64,000 nucleotides of DNA. It comes from an uncultured Actinomycetes bacterium. Its GTDB lineage: Bacteria; Actinomycetota; UBA4738; HRBIN12. The notes under the pieces are model-generated. The model had not been told where the DNA came from and did no database searches. It saw only the letters and a list, made by a program, of their open reading frames with translations. Shown here piece after piece: positions 8,613 to 16,210 of the stretch. A program made the position numbers and the translations under genes. How positions within the stretch are numbered: the stretch's first letter is position 1; the number at the start of each line of letters is the position of its first letter. The stretch is from assembly GCA_963704725.1 (NCBI GenBank), contig OY969934.1:416001-480000 (forward strand). Reading direction: 5' to 3'.

Positions 8613-11600
8613 CTACCGCCCGGCGCCCAGATGCAGGGACGAGCGCGTGGCCTCCGCTCGAGCAAGCGAAGCGAGGTTGCCCTTGCGGCGGTACAGCTCC
8701 GCCGCGGTCTCGAACTCGCCGGTCGCCTGATCCGCCCGGCCGGCGGCCACGAGGACGATGCCGAGGTCGAGGTGGGCGTCGCCCGCCATGTTCAGCAGGT
8801 CGGACCGGTCGGCGAACGCGGTTCCCTCCGCGGCGACCCGCTCCGCCTCTTCGAGCTCGCCCCGGGCCGCGAGCACCTTGGCGCGCACGCCGCGCCACGC
8901 CATCTGCGACGCCACGTCGTCCTCCGCGGTCGCCTCTTCGCTCTCGATCGAGGTGCGCATCGCCTCGTCCAGCTCGCCCTTGCGGTAGAGCGCCTCGGCG
9001 AGCAGGGCCACGGCGGTGGAGAACATGCTCTGCTCACCCATGCGCTGCAGGGTCTCGACGGCCGGTCGAAGGACGGCCTCGGCAGCATCGGCGTCGTCCG
9101 CGAGGAGCATCGCCGCGCCGTAGTGCATGTGGATCGAGGCGAGCCGCCACTCGGTGCCGAGCTCCTCGGCCCGGGCCACGGCGTCGTCGAACGGCCCTCG
9201 GGCCTCCTCGAACCGGCCCGCCATCGCCAGGAGGAACCCCAGTCCGGCCATGGTCTCGGGGTTGGGGCGGCGCGCGTTCGCCAGGCTGCGCTCGGTGATC
9301 TCGAGGCACCGCTCGACGGAGAGCGGACCGTGAGCCACCCCGAGCGTGGCGCGCTGGGCCGCCTCCCGCTCGTCTCCGGCCTCGCGCGCGATGCGCTGGC
9401 CGATCTCGTACGCCTCGACCGATTCGCCGACCCTGCCTCGGCGCCCCAGCGCGTCGCCCAGCAGCCGGTGAGCCGCGGCCACCCCCGGGAGGTCGCCAAG
9501 ACGCTCCAGCGCCCCGACGGCGTCGATGGCGAACCGCTCCATCTCCTGCGTGTTCGTGGCCTCGGGGTTCCGCCAGAATCGGATGTCCGTCTGCTGGAGC
9601 CGGATGCGCCACTCGGCGATCTCGTTGCCCGCCCGGCGGGCGTCCTCCAGCCCCACCTCCAGGACGGCCTCCGCCCGATCCGGCTCGCCCTTCTCGAAGA
9701 GCGCGGCCGCGAGCTGCCACGTGAGCTCGCACCGCGTGGGGTCGTCCTCGCCGAGGAGCGCGAGAGCTCGTCCGAGGAGGCCGGCCGCCGCAGGCATGTC
9801 GTCGCGGGCGAAGGCGCGAGCCCCTGCCGATCGCAGCCGCGCCGCAGCCCGGGCGGCGAGCGAGGACGACCAGGAATCCGAGCGCCCCAACTCCGAGCGG
9901 TAGGCGTGGGCCGCCTCGAAGTGATAGCCGATGATCTCCTCCAGCTCCGGCAGGCGCCCGCCCGCGCCGCTCTCCAGGAGATCGCCGAACGCCTCGTGCG
10001 CCTCGGCGCGAGCCGACTTCGACATCGCGCGATAGGCGACGTCCCGGATCAGGTGGTGGCGGAACCGGAACGTGCGGCCCGAGATGGGCGACTCGCGCTC
10101 CAACGAGATCATGTCCTTGGTCTCGAGCGCATCGAGCAGCGGGGCGAGCCGCTCGCCGTCGGGGGTGAACCCGGCCAGATTCTGTTCGGTGAACTCGGTC
10201 CCCACGACCGACGCGTCCTCCAGGAGCAGGCGCTCCGCGACGCCGAGCCGATCCAGACGGGCACCGATCAGCGCCTGGATCGTGGCGGGGATCGGCACCT
10301 CCGCGAAGTCCGGCGATGCCACCCATCGGTCCTGTTGCCACTGCAGGAGCCCATCCTCGACGAGGATCGCGACGAGCTCCTCGAGGAACAGGGGATGGCC
10401 CTCGGCGGCTTCGAGGATCCGCTCCCGCACCGCCGGGTCGATGTCCGCCGGGCCGAGGAGGTTGTTCACGAGCTGCGCGCTCTCGTCGTGATCGAGCGGG
10501 GCGAGGGACAGGTTCGCCGCGTTCAGCCGTCCCCCGCCCCAGCCCGGCCGATCCTCGGCGAGCTCGGGCCGCGCCAGGGACGCCACGAGCAGCGGGATGT
10601 TCCGAGCGGTGACGACCAGGTACTCGATGAGGTCGAGGAGCGTCGTCTCCGCCCAATGGATGTCGTCGAACACGAGCACGAGCGGGCGGCCGCCGGCCGC
10701 CGCCTCCAGATACCGGCGGATGGCCCAGAAGATCTCGTCCGGCACGGGTGACTTCCCGCTGAGGCCGAGCACCGAGGCGATCTGCTCCTCGATGAACGCG
10801 GCGTCCTCGATGCCCCCGATGACCCTGGCCACCTTCTCTCTCGCGCGCGCCGGTTGGTCCCCGTCGCCGATCCCCGCCGCCTGGCGGACCATCTCGGCGA
10901 TGGGGAACAGCGTGATGTCGCGCCCGTACGAGAGGCATCGACCGGTGAACGCGGTCGCCTCCTGGCCGAGCCGATCCAGGAACTCGACCGCGAGCCGCGT
11001 CTTTCCCACACCCGTGGCGCCGAGCAGCGTGACGAGCGAGGCGGTCCGTTCCCGGGACGCTCGCGCGAACGCCTGCTGCAGCACCGCGAGCTCGTTCTCC
11101 CGGCCGACGAGCGGAGAGGCGAAGCGACGGCCGGCGGGGACCAGGAGGGGACTCTCGACCAGACGGAACGCCGCGAACGAGGACCCGTCCGCGTCGAGCA
11201 GGAGGATCTCCGCGGGCTCGATGCCGGCGGAGCGCCGCACGAGCCTGGCCGCGGCGTCGTTCATGAGCACCTCGCCGGGCTTGGCCGACCTCGCGAGGTG
11301 GTCCGCCTCCTCGAGGGGCGTGACGGACAGGAGTCGCTCCTGTCCGTGGGAGGACTCGACCAGGACCTCTCCGAGTGAGATGCCGACCCGGAGCGTGGGG
11401 CCCGTGCCTTCGTCCCCGGCGCCGATGCCGGCGGCGTACCAGGCGCACAGCTCCGACGCCGCGCGGACCGCGCGGACCGTGTCGTCCTCGTGCACCCGGG
11501 GCGTGCCGAAGACCGCGCTGATCTTGCCGAGCACGGACTCGTGCACCCACCCCCCGTGCGTCTCGACGATCGCGCGCGCCTGATGCATCGCCTGCTCGAG

Positions 11601-12476
11601 CTCGGCGCTCATCGTCTCGGGATCGTCGGACGCGGCGTGCTCGAAGAGGCGGCACACCAGCGCGGCGACGGTCTTACGGAGCGTGCGGGGCGCGACTCGA
11701 TCCGCGGGAACGGGACTGTCGAGGGCGGGATCCTGCGCCAAGATCTGCTCCTCGAGCCTGCGGATCGCCGGTCCCGGCTCGATCCCGAGCTCCTGCGACA
11801 GGGCGTGTCGCAGGCCCGCGATCGAGTCGAGCGCCTCCGCCTGCCGGCCGGATCGGTACAGCGCGACCGCGGCCAAGGCGACGATGCGCTCGTGGAGGGG
11901 ATGCCCGGTTCGCAGGCCCTCCAGCTCCGGCACGACCTCGAGGTGCCGGCCGAGCGCGAGGTCCGCCTCCAGCCGATCGGCCACCGCCGTCAGATGCAGC
12001 TCCTGGATCTCCGCGAGCTCCGGCTCCGGGAGCCCGGGGATGCGGACGTTCGCGAGCGGCGCACCCCGGTAGAGCGCCAGGGCTCGTTCCAGGCTCTCCC
12101 GGGCTGCCCAGTGCTCTCCCGCCGCCGTCTCAGATCGCGCCTCGGCCACCAGCTTCCGGAACAGGTCGAGATCGAGCCGATCGGGACCCAGGTGCAGGAC
12201 GTACCCCCCCTCCGTCGTCTCGAGCCGGACCGAGGCGTCACCGTCCAGCAGCTTGCGGAGCTTGGAGACGTGCATCTGGAGCGCGGTCCGGGCCGTCGGG
12301 GGCGGCGAGTCCCCCCACAGCGCATCGATCAGCGTCTCGGGCGAGACCACCTGGTCGATCCGGAAGAGCAAGAAGGCGAGGAGCCCGGGAAGCTTCGAGC
12401 CACGCACCGGCAGGGGAACGCCATCGCGCTCGACCCCGAGGGGACCGAGCACGCGAAAGACCAGGTGAAACGGCAT
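8613..12476 (-). CDS. SARP/AfsR-like regulator: wHTH + BTAD + degenerate class III cyclase-like domain + AAA (STAND) ATPase + TPR
   Basis: FRVLGPL...LWGDSPP...HVSKLRK; ALYRSGRQAEAL (BTAD); LVGRENEL, GATGVGKTRL, VFDDIHWA, GHPLFLEE; SD AGGAG before ATG 12476. Confidence 0.9.
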   Translation of the reverse strand: MPFHLVFRVLGPLGVERDGVPLPVRGSKLPGLLAFLLFRIDQVVSPETLIDALWGDSPPPTARTALQMHVSKLRKLLDGDASVRLETTEGGYVLHLGPDRLDLDLFRKLVAEARSETAAGEHWAARESLERALALYRGAPLANVRIPGLPEPELAEIQELHLTAVADRLEADLALGRHLEVVPELEGLRTGHPLHERIVALAAVALYRSGRQAEALDSIAGLRHALSQELGIEPGPAIRRLEEQILAQDPALDSPVPADRVAPRTLRKTVAALVCRLFEHAASDDPETMSAELEQAMHQARAIVETHGGWVHESVLGKISAVFGTPRVHEDDTVRAVRAASELCAWYAAGIGAGDEGTGPTLRVGISLGEVLVESSHGQERLLSVTPLEEADHLARSAKPGEVLMNDAAARLVRRSAGIEPAEILLLDADGSSFAAFRLVESPLLVPAGRRFASPLVGRENELAVLQQAFARASRERTASLVTLLGATGVGKTRLAVEFLDRLGQEATAFTGRCLSYGRDITLFPIAEMVRQAAGIGDGDQPARAREKVARVIGGIEDAAFIEEQIASVLGLSGKSPVPDEIFWAIRRYLEAAAGGRPLVLVFDDIHWAETTLLDLIEYLVVTARNIPLLVASLARPELAEDRPGWGGGRLNAANLSLAPLDHDESAQLVNNLLGPADIDPAVRERILEAAEGHPLFLEELVAILVEDGLLQWQQDRWVASPDFAEVPIPATIQALIGARLDRLGVAERLLLEDASVVGTEFTEQNLAGFTPDGERLAPLLDALETKDMISLERESPISGRTFRFRHHLIRDVAYRAMSKSARAEAHEAFGDLLESGAGGRLPELEEIIGYHFEAAHAYRSELGRSDSWSSSLAARAAARLRSAGARAFARDDMPAAAGLLGRALALLGEDDPTRCELTWQLAAALFEKGEPDRAEAVLEVGLEDARRAGNEIAEWRIRLQQTDIRFWRNPEATNTQEMERFAIDAVGALERLGDLPGVAAAHRLLGDALGRRGRVGESVEAYEIGQRIAREAGDEREAAQRATLGVAHGPLSVERCLEITERSLANARRPNPETMAGLGFLLAMAGRFEEARGPFDDAVARAEELGTEWRLASIHMHYGAAMLLADDADAAEAVLRPAVETLQRMGEQSMFSTAVALLAEALYRKGELDEAMRTSIESEEATAEDDVASQMAWRGVRAKVLAARGELEEAERVAAEGTAFADRSDLLNMAGDAHLDLGIVLVAAGRADQATGEFETAAELYRRKGNLASLARAEATRSSLHLGAGR

Positions 12477-12551
12477 ATCGCTCCTAAGAAACGGCCGCTC
12501 CTCGAGCCTAGCCCACCATCGGGGGACCCCGCTACCACCGAACGACGGAAG

Positions 12552-12580
12552 ACGTTAGTGACACGTTAGCCCCCCATTAG
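12552..12580 (+). promoter_or_regulatory. Three heptamer direct repeats with 11-bp period (ACGTTAG, ACGTTAG, CCATTAG); candidate SARP-binding site
   Basis: TTAG at 12555, 12566 and 12577, between the divergent SARP-like gene and small peptide gene 1. Confidence 0.55.
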
Positions 12581-12632
12581 GGGTCCCCCGCATCCTTGCC
12601 CCAAGGTCCCCTAGCGGGGAAGGAGACAGGTC

Positions 12633-12715
12633 ATGAGGACACTCAAGCGCTTCGCAATCGCATCGGCGCGCTCCTGACGCTCGCCTTCGCAGGCGGCGCG
12701 CACATCCGGTTCTAG
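12633..12715 (+). CDS. Small signal-peptide-like precursor 1, MRTLKRFAIA(I)GALLTLAFAGGAHIRF (27 aa), apparently carrying a 1-nt deletion near 12660-12662
   Basis: SD AAGGAG at 12620-12625 and ATG 12633. The direct frame stops at 12677, but the shifted frame reads IGALLTLAFAGGAHIRF-TAG. Length is 83 nt versus 84 nt for the paralog at 14664-14747. Confidence 0.7.
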
Positions 12716-12814
12716 GCGCGGAGCTGGCAAGCAGGGCCCTCCGCCAGTCGGTGTATCGGCCTTGATCTGCTGGAGGGCACGGGAGCTTCCCGGATTGGAG
12801 CCCTCGGAGCCCAG

Positions 12815-12850
12815 CGCCCCCGACGCTTCGGTCGGGGGCGTGTGTTGTGC
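12815..12850 (+). terminator. Hairpin terminator downstream of peptide gene 1
   Basis: CGCCCCCGAC-GCTTCG-GTCGGGGGCG followed by TGTGTTGTGC. Confidence 0.6.
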
Positions 12851-13037
12851 TTCGGGCCGAGTATCCGGATGGCTCTCAAGATCGGGAGCCGGTGCAATCT
12901 GCAGAGCTGTCTGCATTCTTGCTTCATGAGCGCACGCGAGCTCGGTCGCCGCCGCGTCATAACTCGTGCAACAGCCGGAGCAGACGAGTCTCGTCTCTAG
13001 TGCGAGACCAGCAACGGGCTCTTTTGAACCCGGCCTA

Positions 13038-13067
13038 TTGACCCCGGCGCCCCCCTTTCTCCATGAT
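13038..13067 (+). promoter_or_regulatory. Putative sigma70-type promoter of kinase 1
   Basis: TTGACC (13038-13043), 18-nt spacer, CATGAT (13062-13067). Confidence 0.45.
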
Positions 13068-13145
13068 TCCCGTCTGCACGTCTTGTCTGGCACGGTCTTG
13101 CACGGCGCTTCCCCGTTCCCGCCGTGTCACGAAGGGGGAGGGGTT

Positions 13146-14603
13146 GTGTCTTCGAGCATTGGTGCAGCGTCAAGCGCCGGGAAGCATGTGCCGCCGGCGC
13201 CAGCCCGCTCTCGGTCAGTTAGACCCGCGAGAGTAGCTATCTGGGGCGTGATTGCTCTAGACACAGGGATACTGATCGCTGGCTGCGTCCTCACGGCGAC
13301 CCAGCTCATGAGGGTCGGGCCAGAATTGCTTACTTGGTCGCTTGCCGTAGCTGTAGTCGGAGTCGCCGCCATACAAACGCCCCGCGGACCAGCGCTTGGG
13401 TTGGACATGCCAGTCTTGCTGGCTGCGGGCTACCTGCTAGGTCCCATTCCCGCCGGGATTGTGGCGTTAGCTGGCTATGTCGATACCCGCGAGTTCAGGG
13501 GCGAGATTAGCGGGGAACGAGCGCTCTTCAACAGGGCGCAGACTTCCTTGAGCGTAATGGCTGCGACAGCTGCGTTCTCTTTACTCGGCGGCACGTCGCG
13601 CCTGTCTTTGACCTCATTGTCAGCAGGATTAGTGGCCGTGGCGGTGGACAGCGCGATCAACTACAGCCTCATTGCGGGTGTCATGTCACTCCACGACGGC
13701 GTCTCAGCCCTTGCCACTCTAGGTCGGCTGCGCTTTGGATCCGTCGCGACCTTCTCGGCAACCTACTCTTGTTACGGCCTACTGAGCGTGCTCCTCGCTG
13801 AGGTCGACGTTGAGGTTGGTCCGCTTGGTCTGTTGCTCTTCGCGATCCCGCTCCTTCTGGCAAGACAAGCACTCGCGAGCGCACAGAGACTCGAGGGCGC
13901 CGAGCGACGTGTGCAGATCCAACGTGCCGCGCTCGGTCAGGAGTCCATTCGGCTCTCCGATGAACGCCGCGATGAGCGCCTTTCTGTTGCGGCTGGTCTT
14001 CATGATGACCTGCTGCCTCGCCTGTTTAGAGTGCACCTGCTCGGCCAGGTGTTGCGCCAGCAGTTGGCGACTGGCCAACTGCTGGCGATGGAGGACGACC
14101 TGCCAACCCTAATTCGGGCAACAGAAGAGGCGAGCGAAACCGCGCAAAGCCAGATTCGCCAGCTCCGTTCCTCGAGTCTCGGGATGCAAGGATTGTCGGA
14201 GAATCTCCGTGGTCTGGTGAATCAGCTTGAGATGGAGACGCAGATCACATTCCAGACCGAGATCGACGACTTGGCGGCTGCGCCCCTAATTGAGCTGCTG
14301 GCGTATCAAGTCGCTCGCGAGGCGATACGGAACGTCATCAAGCATGCGGAGGCAACTGTAGTTCGTGTGACGCTGTCCCACGAGTCGCCGGGGATACTGC
14401 TGGTGATTGAAGACGATGGTCGTGGCTTTCATCCGCAGCTTGTCGACGAAACGAGTCACTTCGGCATTGCGTTGATGCGGGAGCGTGTCGAACTTGCTAG
14501 AGGCGTCGCCGACATCGATAGCTCCCCGGAAGGCGGAACGCGGCTGACTGTGCGGCTGCCCCTAGAAGGGCCCGGTCTGGTCGCCTCAGTAGAGACAGCG
14601 TAG
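13146..14603 (+). CDS. Membrane-sensor histidine kinase 1 (multi-TM domain + HisKA_3 + HATPase_c)
   Basis: About 7-8 TM segments with RALFNRAQ; ERLSVAAGLHDD H-box, EAIRNVIKHA, EDDGRGF, HFGIALMRERV, GGTRL. Start GTG 13146 after GGGGAGG (ORF open from 12966). Confidence 0.9.
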   Translation: MSSSIGAASSAGKHVPPAPARSRSVRPARVAIWGVIALDTGILIAGCVLTATQLMRVGPELLTWSLAVAVVGVAAIQTPRGPALGLDMPVLLAAGYLLGPIPAGIVALAGYVDTREFRGEISGERALFNRAQTSLSVMAATAAFSLLGGTSRLSLTSLSAGLVAVAVDSAINYSLIAGVMSLHDGVSALATLGRLRFGSVATFSATYSCYGLLSVLLAEVDVEVGPLGLLLFAIPLLLARQALASAQRLEGAERRVQIQRAALGQESIRLSDERRDERLSVAAGLHDDLLPRLFRVHLLGQVLRQQLATGQLLAMEDDLPTLIRATEEASETAQSQIRQLRSSSLGMQGLSENLRGLVNQLEMETQITFQTEIDDLAAAPLIELLAYQVAREAIRNVIKHAEATVVRVTLSHESPGILLVIEDDGRGFHPQLVDETSHFGIALMRERVELARGVADIDSSPEGGTRLTVRLPLEGPGLVASVETA

Positions 14604-14632
14604 GCCCCGGGATGATTACCCGGAGCCTACGC
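14598..14632. terminator. Hairpin between convergent kinase 1 and peptide gene 2
   Basis: GCGTAGGC-C-CCGGG ATGATTA CCCGG-A-GCCTACGC inverted repeat. Confidence 0.55.
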
Positions 14633-14663
14633 CTTCAGTTCACATTGGTCGGCCGGCTTGCGA

Positions 14664-14747
14664 CTAGAAGCGAATGTGGGCTCCACCGGCGAGAACCAGC
14701 GCCGCAAGAGATCCGACCGCAATGGCGGCACGCCTGATCAGGTTCAC
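14664..14747 (-). CDS. Small signal-peptide-like precursor 2, MNLIRRAAIAVGSLAALVLAGGAHIRF (27 aa)
   Basis: Strong SD AGGAGGT 5 nt before GTG 14747; intact 84-nt ORF; 16/27 identical to repaired peptide 1, including the last 8 residues. Confidence 0.8.
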   Translation of the reverse strand: MNLIRRAAIAVGSLAALVLAGGAHIRF

Positions 14748-15001
14748 CTGCCACCTCCTCGTTGGGTCTGAGGACGATGCCCCCCTTGGCTCGGCCATCC
14801 CCCACGTTCGGCGGCTCCCACCGCGACGGGGGAGGGCGGTGCCACTATCGGAGGACCCCCCAACGCCCGACAAGAGGGGCCACACTCCTACAGAATCGAA
14901 CGTAGGTGCCGCCATCCTGAAGGTGGTTCTGGCCTGCTCCCCCTGAACGAATCCACCTGATATGAGAGTCACGACCGCCCCGCAGGGGCAGGAGGTGACT
15001 C

Positions 15002-15280
15002 TTGAAGGGACGACGTCACACCCCCGAGCAGATCGTGCGCAAGCTGCACGAGGCCGATCGCCTAGTGGCCGAGGGCAAGAGCCTGGCGGTCGTGCTGAAG
15101 GCCCTCGGCGTCTCCGAGCAGACCTACTACCGCTGGCGCAAGGCGTACGGGCAGCTCTCGCCCGATGAGGCCCGACGTCTTCGTGAGCTCGAGTCCGAGA
15201 ACCGCCGCCTGAAGAAGCTGGTCGCCGACAAGGAGCTGGAGCTCGACGTGCTCAGGGAGATCGCCCGGGGAAACTTCTGA
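15002..15280 (+). CDS. IS3-family transposase OrfA (HTH + coiled coil)
   Basis: RHTPEQIVRKL...GVSEQTYYRWRK...LRELESENRRLKKLVAD; ends over the slippery GGGAAAC (15268-15274). Confidence 0.95.
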   Translation: MKGRRHTPEQIVRKLHEADRLVAEGKSLAVVLKALGVSEQTYYRWRKAYGQLSPDEARRLRELESENRRLKKLVADKELELDVLREIARGNF

Positions 15281-15309
15281 GCCCGGAGCGACGACGCCGG
15301 GCCGCCGAC

Positions 15310-16125
15310 ATGGCCCAGGACCGCTTCGGGCTGTCCGAGCGACGAGCGTGCACGATCGTCGGCCAGTCCCGCTCGACCCAGCGCCGGCCACCTCGGCGAG
15401 CTGGGGACCGGCCGCTGCGGCGGCGGCTGCACCACATCGCCAGGCGCCACCCGCGCTTCGGCTACCGACGGGCTCACGTCCTGCTGCTCCGAGAGGGATG
15501 GATGATCAACCGCAAGAAGGTGCTGCGCCTCTGGCGTGAGGAGGGCCTGAAGGTGCAGTCCAGACATCACAAGCGCCGCCGGCCGCCGGGCGGCGAGCAG
15601 GCCCGGCGAGCGGAGCGGCCCAACGAGGTCTGGGCGATCGACTTCCAGTTCGACGCCACCTCCGACGGACGGATGCTGAAGCTCGCCAACGTCGTTGACG
15701 AGTTCACCCGGGAGGCCCTTGCGACCCGCACCGGCAGGACGTGCACCGCCGACAAGCTGGTCGAGATCCTCGACGCGCTCCTCGCAGAGCGCGGCGCGCC
15801 GGAGCACCTACGGTGCGACAACGGACCCGAGCTCATCGCGTGGGCCCTTCGGGACTGGTGCCACCGACACGGATCGACCACGAGCTACATCGAGCCGGGC
15901 TCGCCGTGGGAGAACCCCTACGTCGAGTCGTTCAACGCCAGGATTCGAGACGAGCTGCTCGCCATCACCGAGTTCTGCGACCTGACGGAGGCTCAGGTCC
16001 TGATCGAAGACTGGAGGACCGAGTACAACACCGAGCGGCCGCACTCTTCGCTTCGCTATCTCACCCCGGTAGAGTTCCACCGGGCCTGGACCCAGCACCA
16101 TCAACCGGAGCCGGCACTCTCATAA
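15310..16125 (+). CDS. IS3-family transposase OrfB (rve DDE domain), probably fused to OrfA by -1 frameshift
   Basis: HPRFGYRR, WAIDF, VVDEFTRE, CDNGPE, SPWENPYVESFN, YNTERPHSSL. Confidence 0.95.
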   Translation: MAQDRFGLSERRACTIVGQSRSTQRRPPRRAGDRPLRRRLHHIARRHPRFGYRRAHVLLLREGWMINRKKVLRLWREEGLKVQSRHHKRRRPPGGEQARRAERPNEVWAIDFQFDATSDGRMLKLANVVDEFTREALATRTGRTCTADKLVEILDALLAERGAPEHLRCDNGPELIAWALRDWCHRHGSTTSYIEPGSPWENPYVESFNARIRDELLAITEFCDLTEAQVLIEDWRTEYNTERPHSSLRYLTPVEFHRAWTQHHQPEPALS

Positions 16126-16210
16126 CGGGTGGATCCGGAAACGGGGGCCGACCAGTTCCAACTGTTCCTCGGAAAGGTCAAGATAGCGTGGCCGCCTCGA
16201 ACGGAGACCC

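Larger units (their letters stand above)
14930..16154 (+). mobile_element. Complete IS3-family insertion sequence (1225 bp, probably IS407-like group)
   Basis: TG...CA ends; about 40-bp imperfect IRs (TGGCCTGCTCCCCCTGAACGAATCCACCTGATATGAGAGT versus TGGTCGGCCCCCGTTTCCGGATCCACCCGTTATGAGAGT); 4-bp direct repeat GTTC at 14926-14929 and 16155-16158. Confidence 0.95.

Noticed and set aside
6235-8730. 831-aa plus-strand ORF and many similar long Arg/Pro/Gly-rich ORFs across the window
   Set aside because: Antisense or off-frame shadows of clearly identified genes, with no motifs.
8613-12476. STAND ATPase-TPR as an antiviral (Avs-like) defence protein
   Set aside because: The N-terminus is wHTH-BTAD, an AfsR-like transcription regulator, with no nuclease, TIR or SIR2 effector.
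12611-13093. 160-aa minus-strand ORF in the intergenic region
   Set aside because: No recognisable motif or codon bias; it overlaps peptide 1, its terminator and the kinase 1 promoter.
12633-14747. Peptides as RiPP (lasso/lanthi/thiopeptide) precursors or type I toxins
   Set aside because: No modifying enzymes nearby and no Cys/Ser/Thr-rich core; the conserved post-helix tail and receptor context fit a signal better, although a small membrane modulator of the kinases is not excluded.
14664-14972. 102-aa ORF in the track
   Set aside because: It starts inside the IS end; only the last 27 codons, behind a strong SD, look real.
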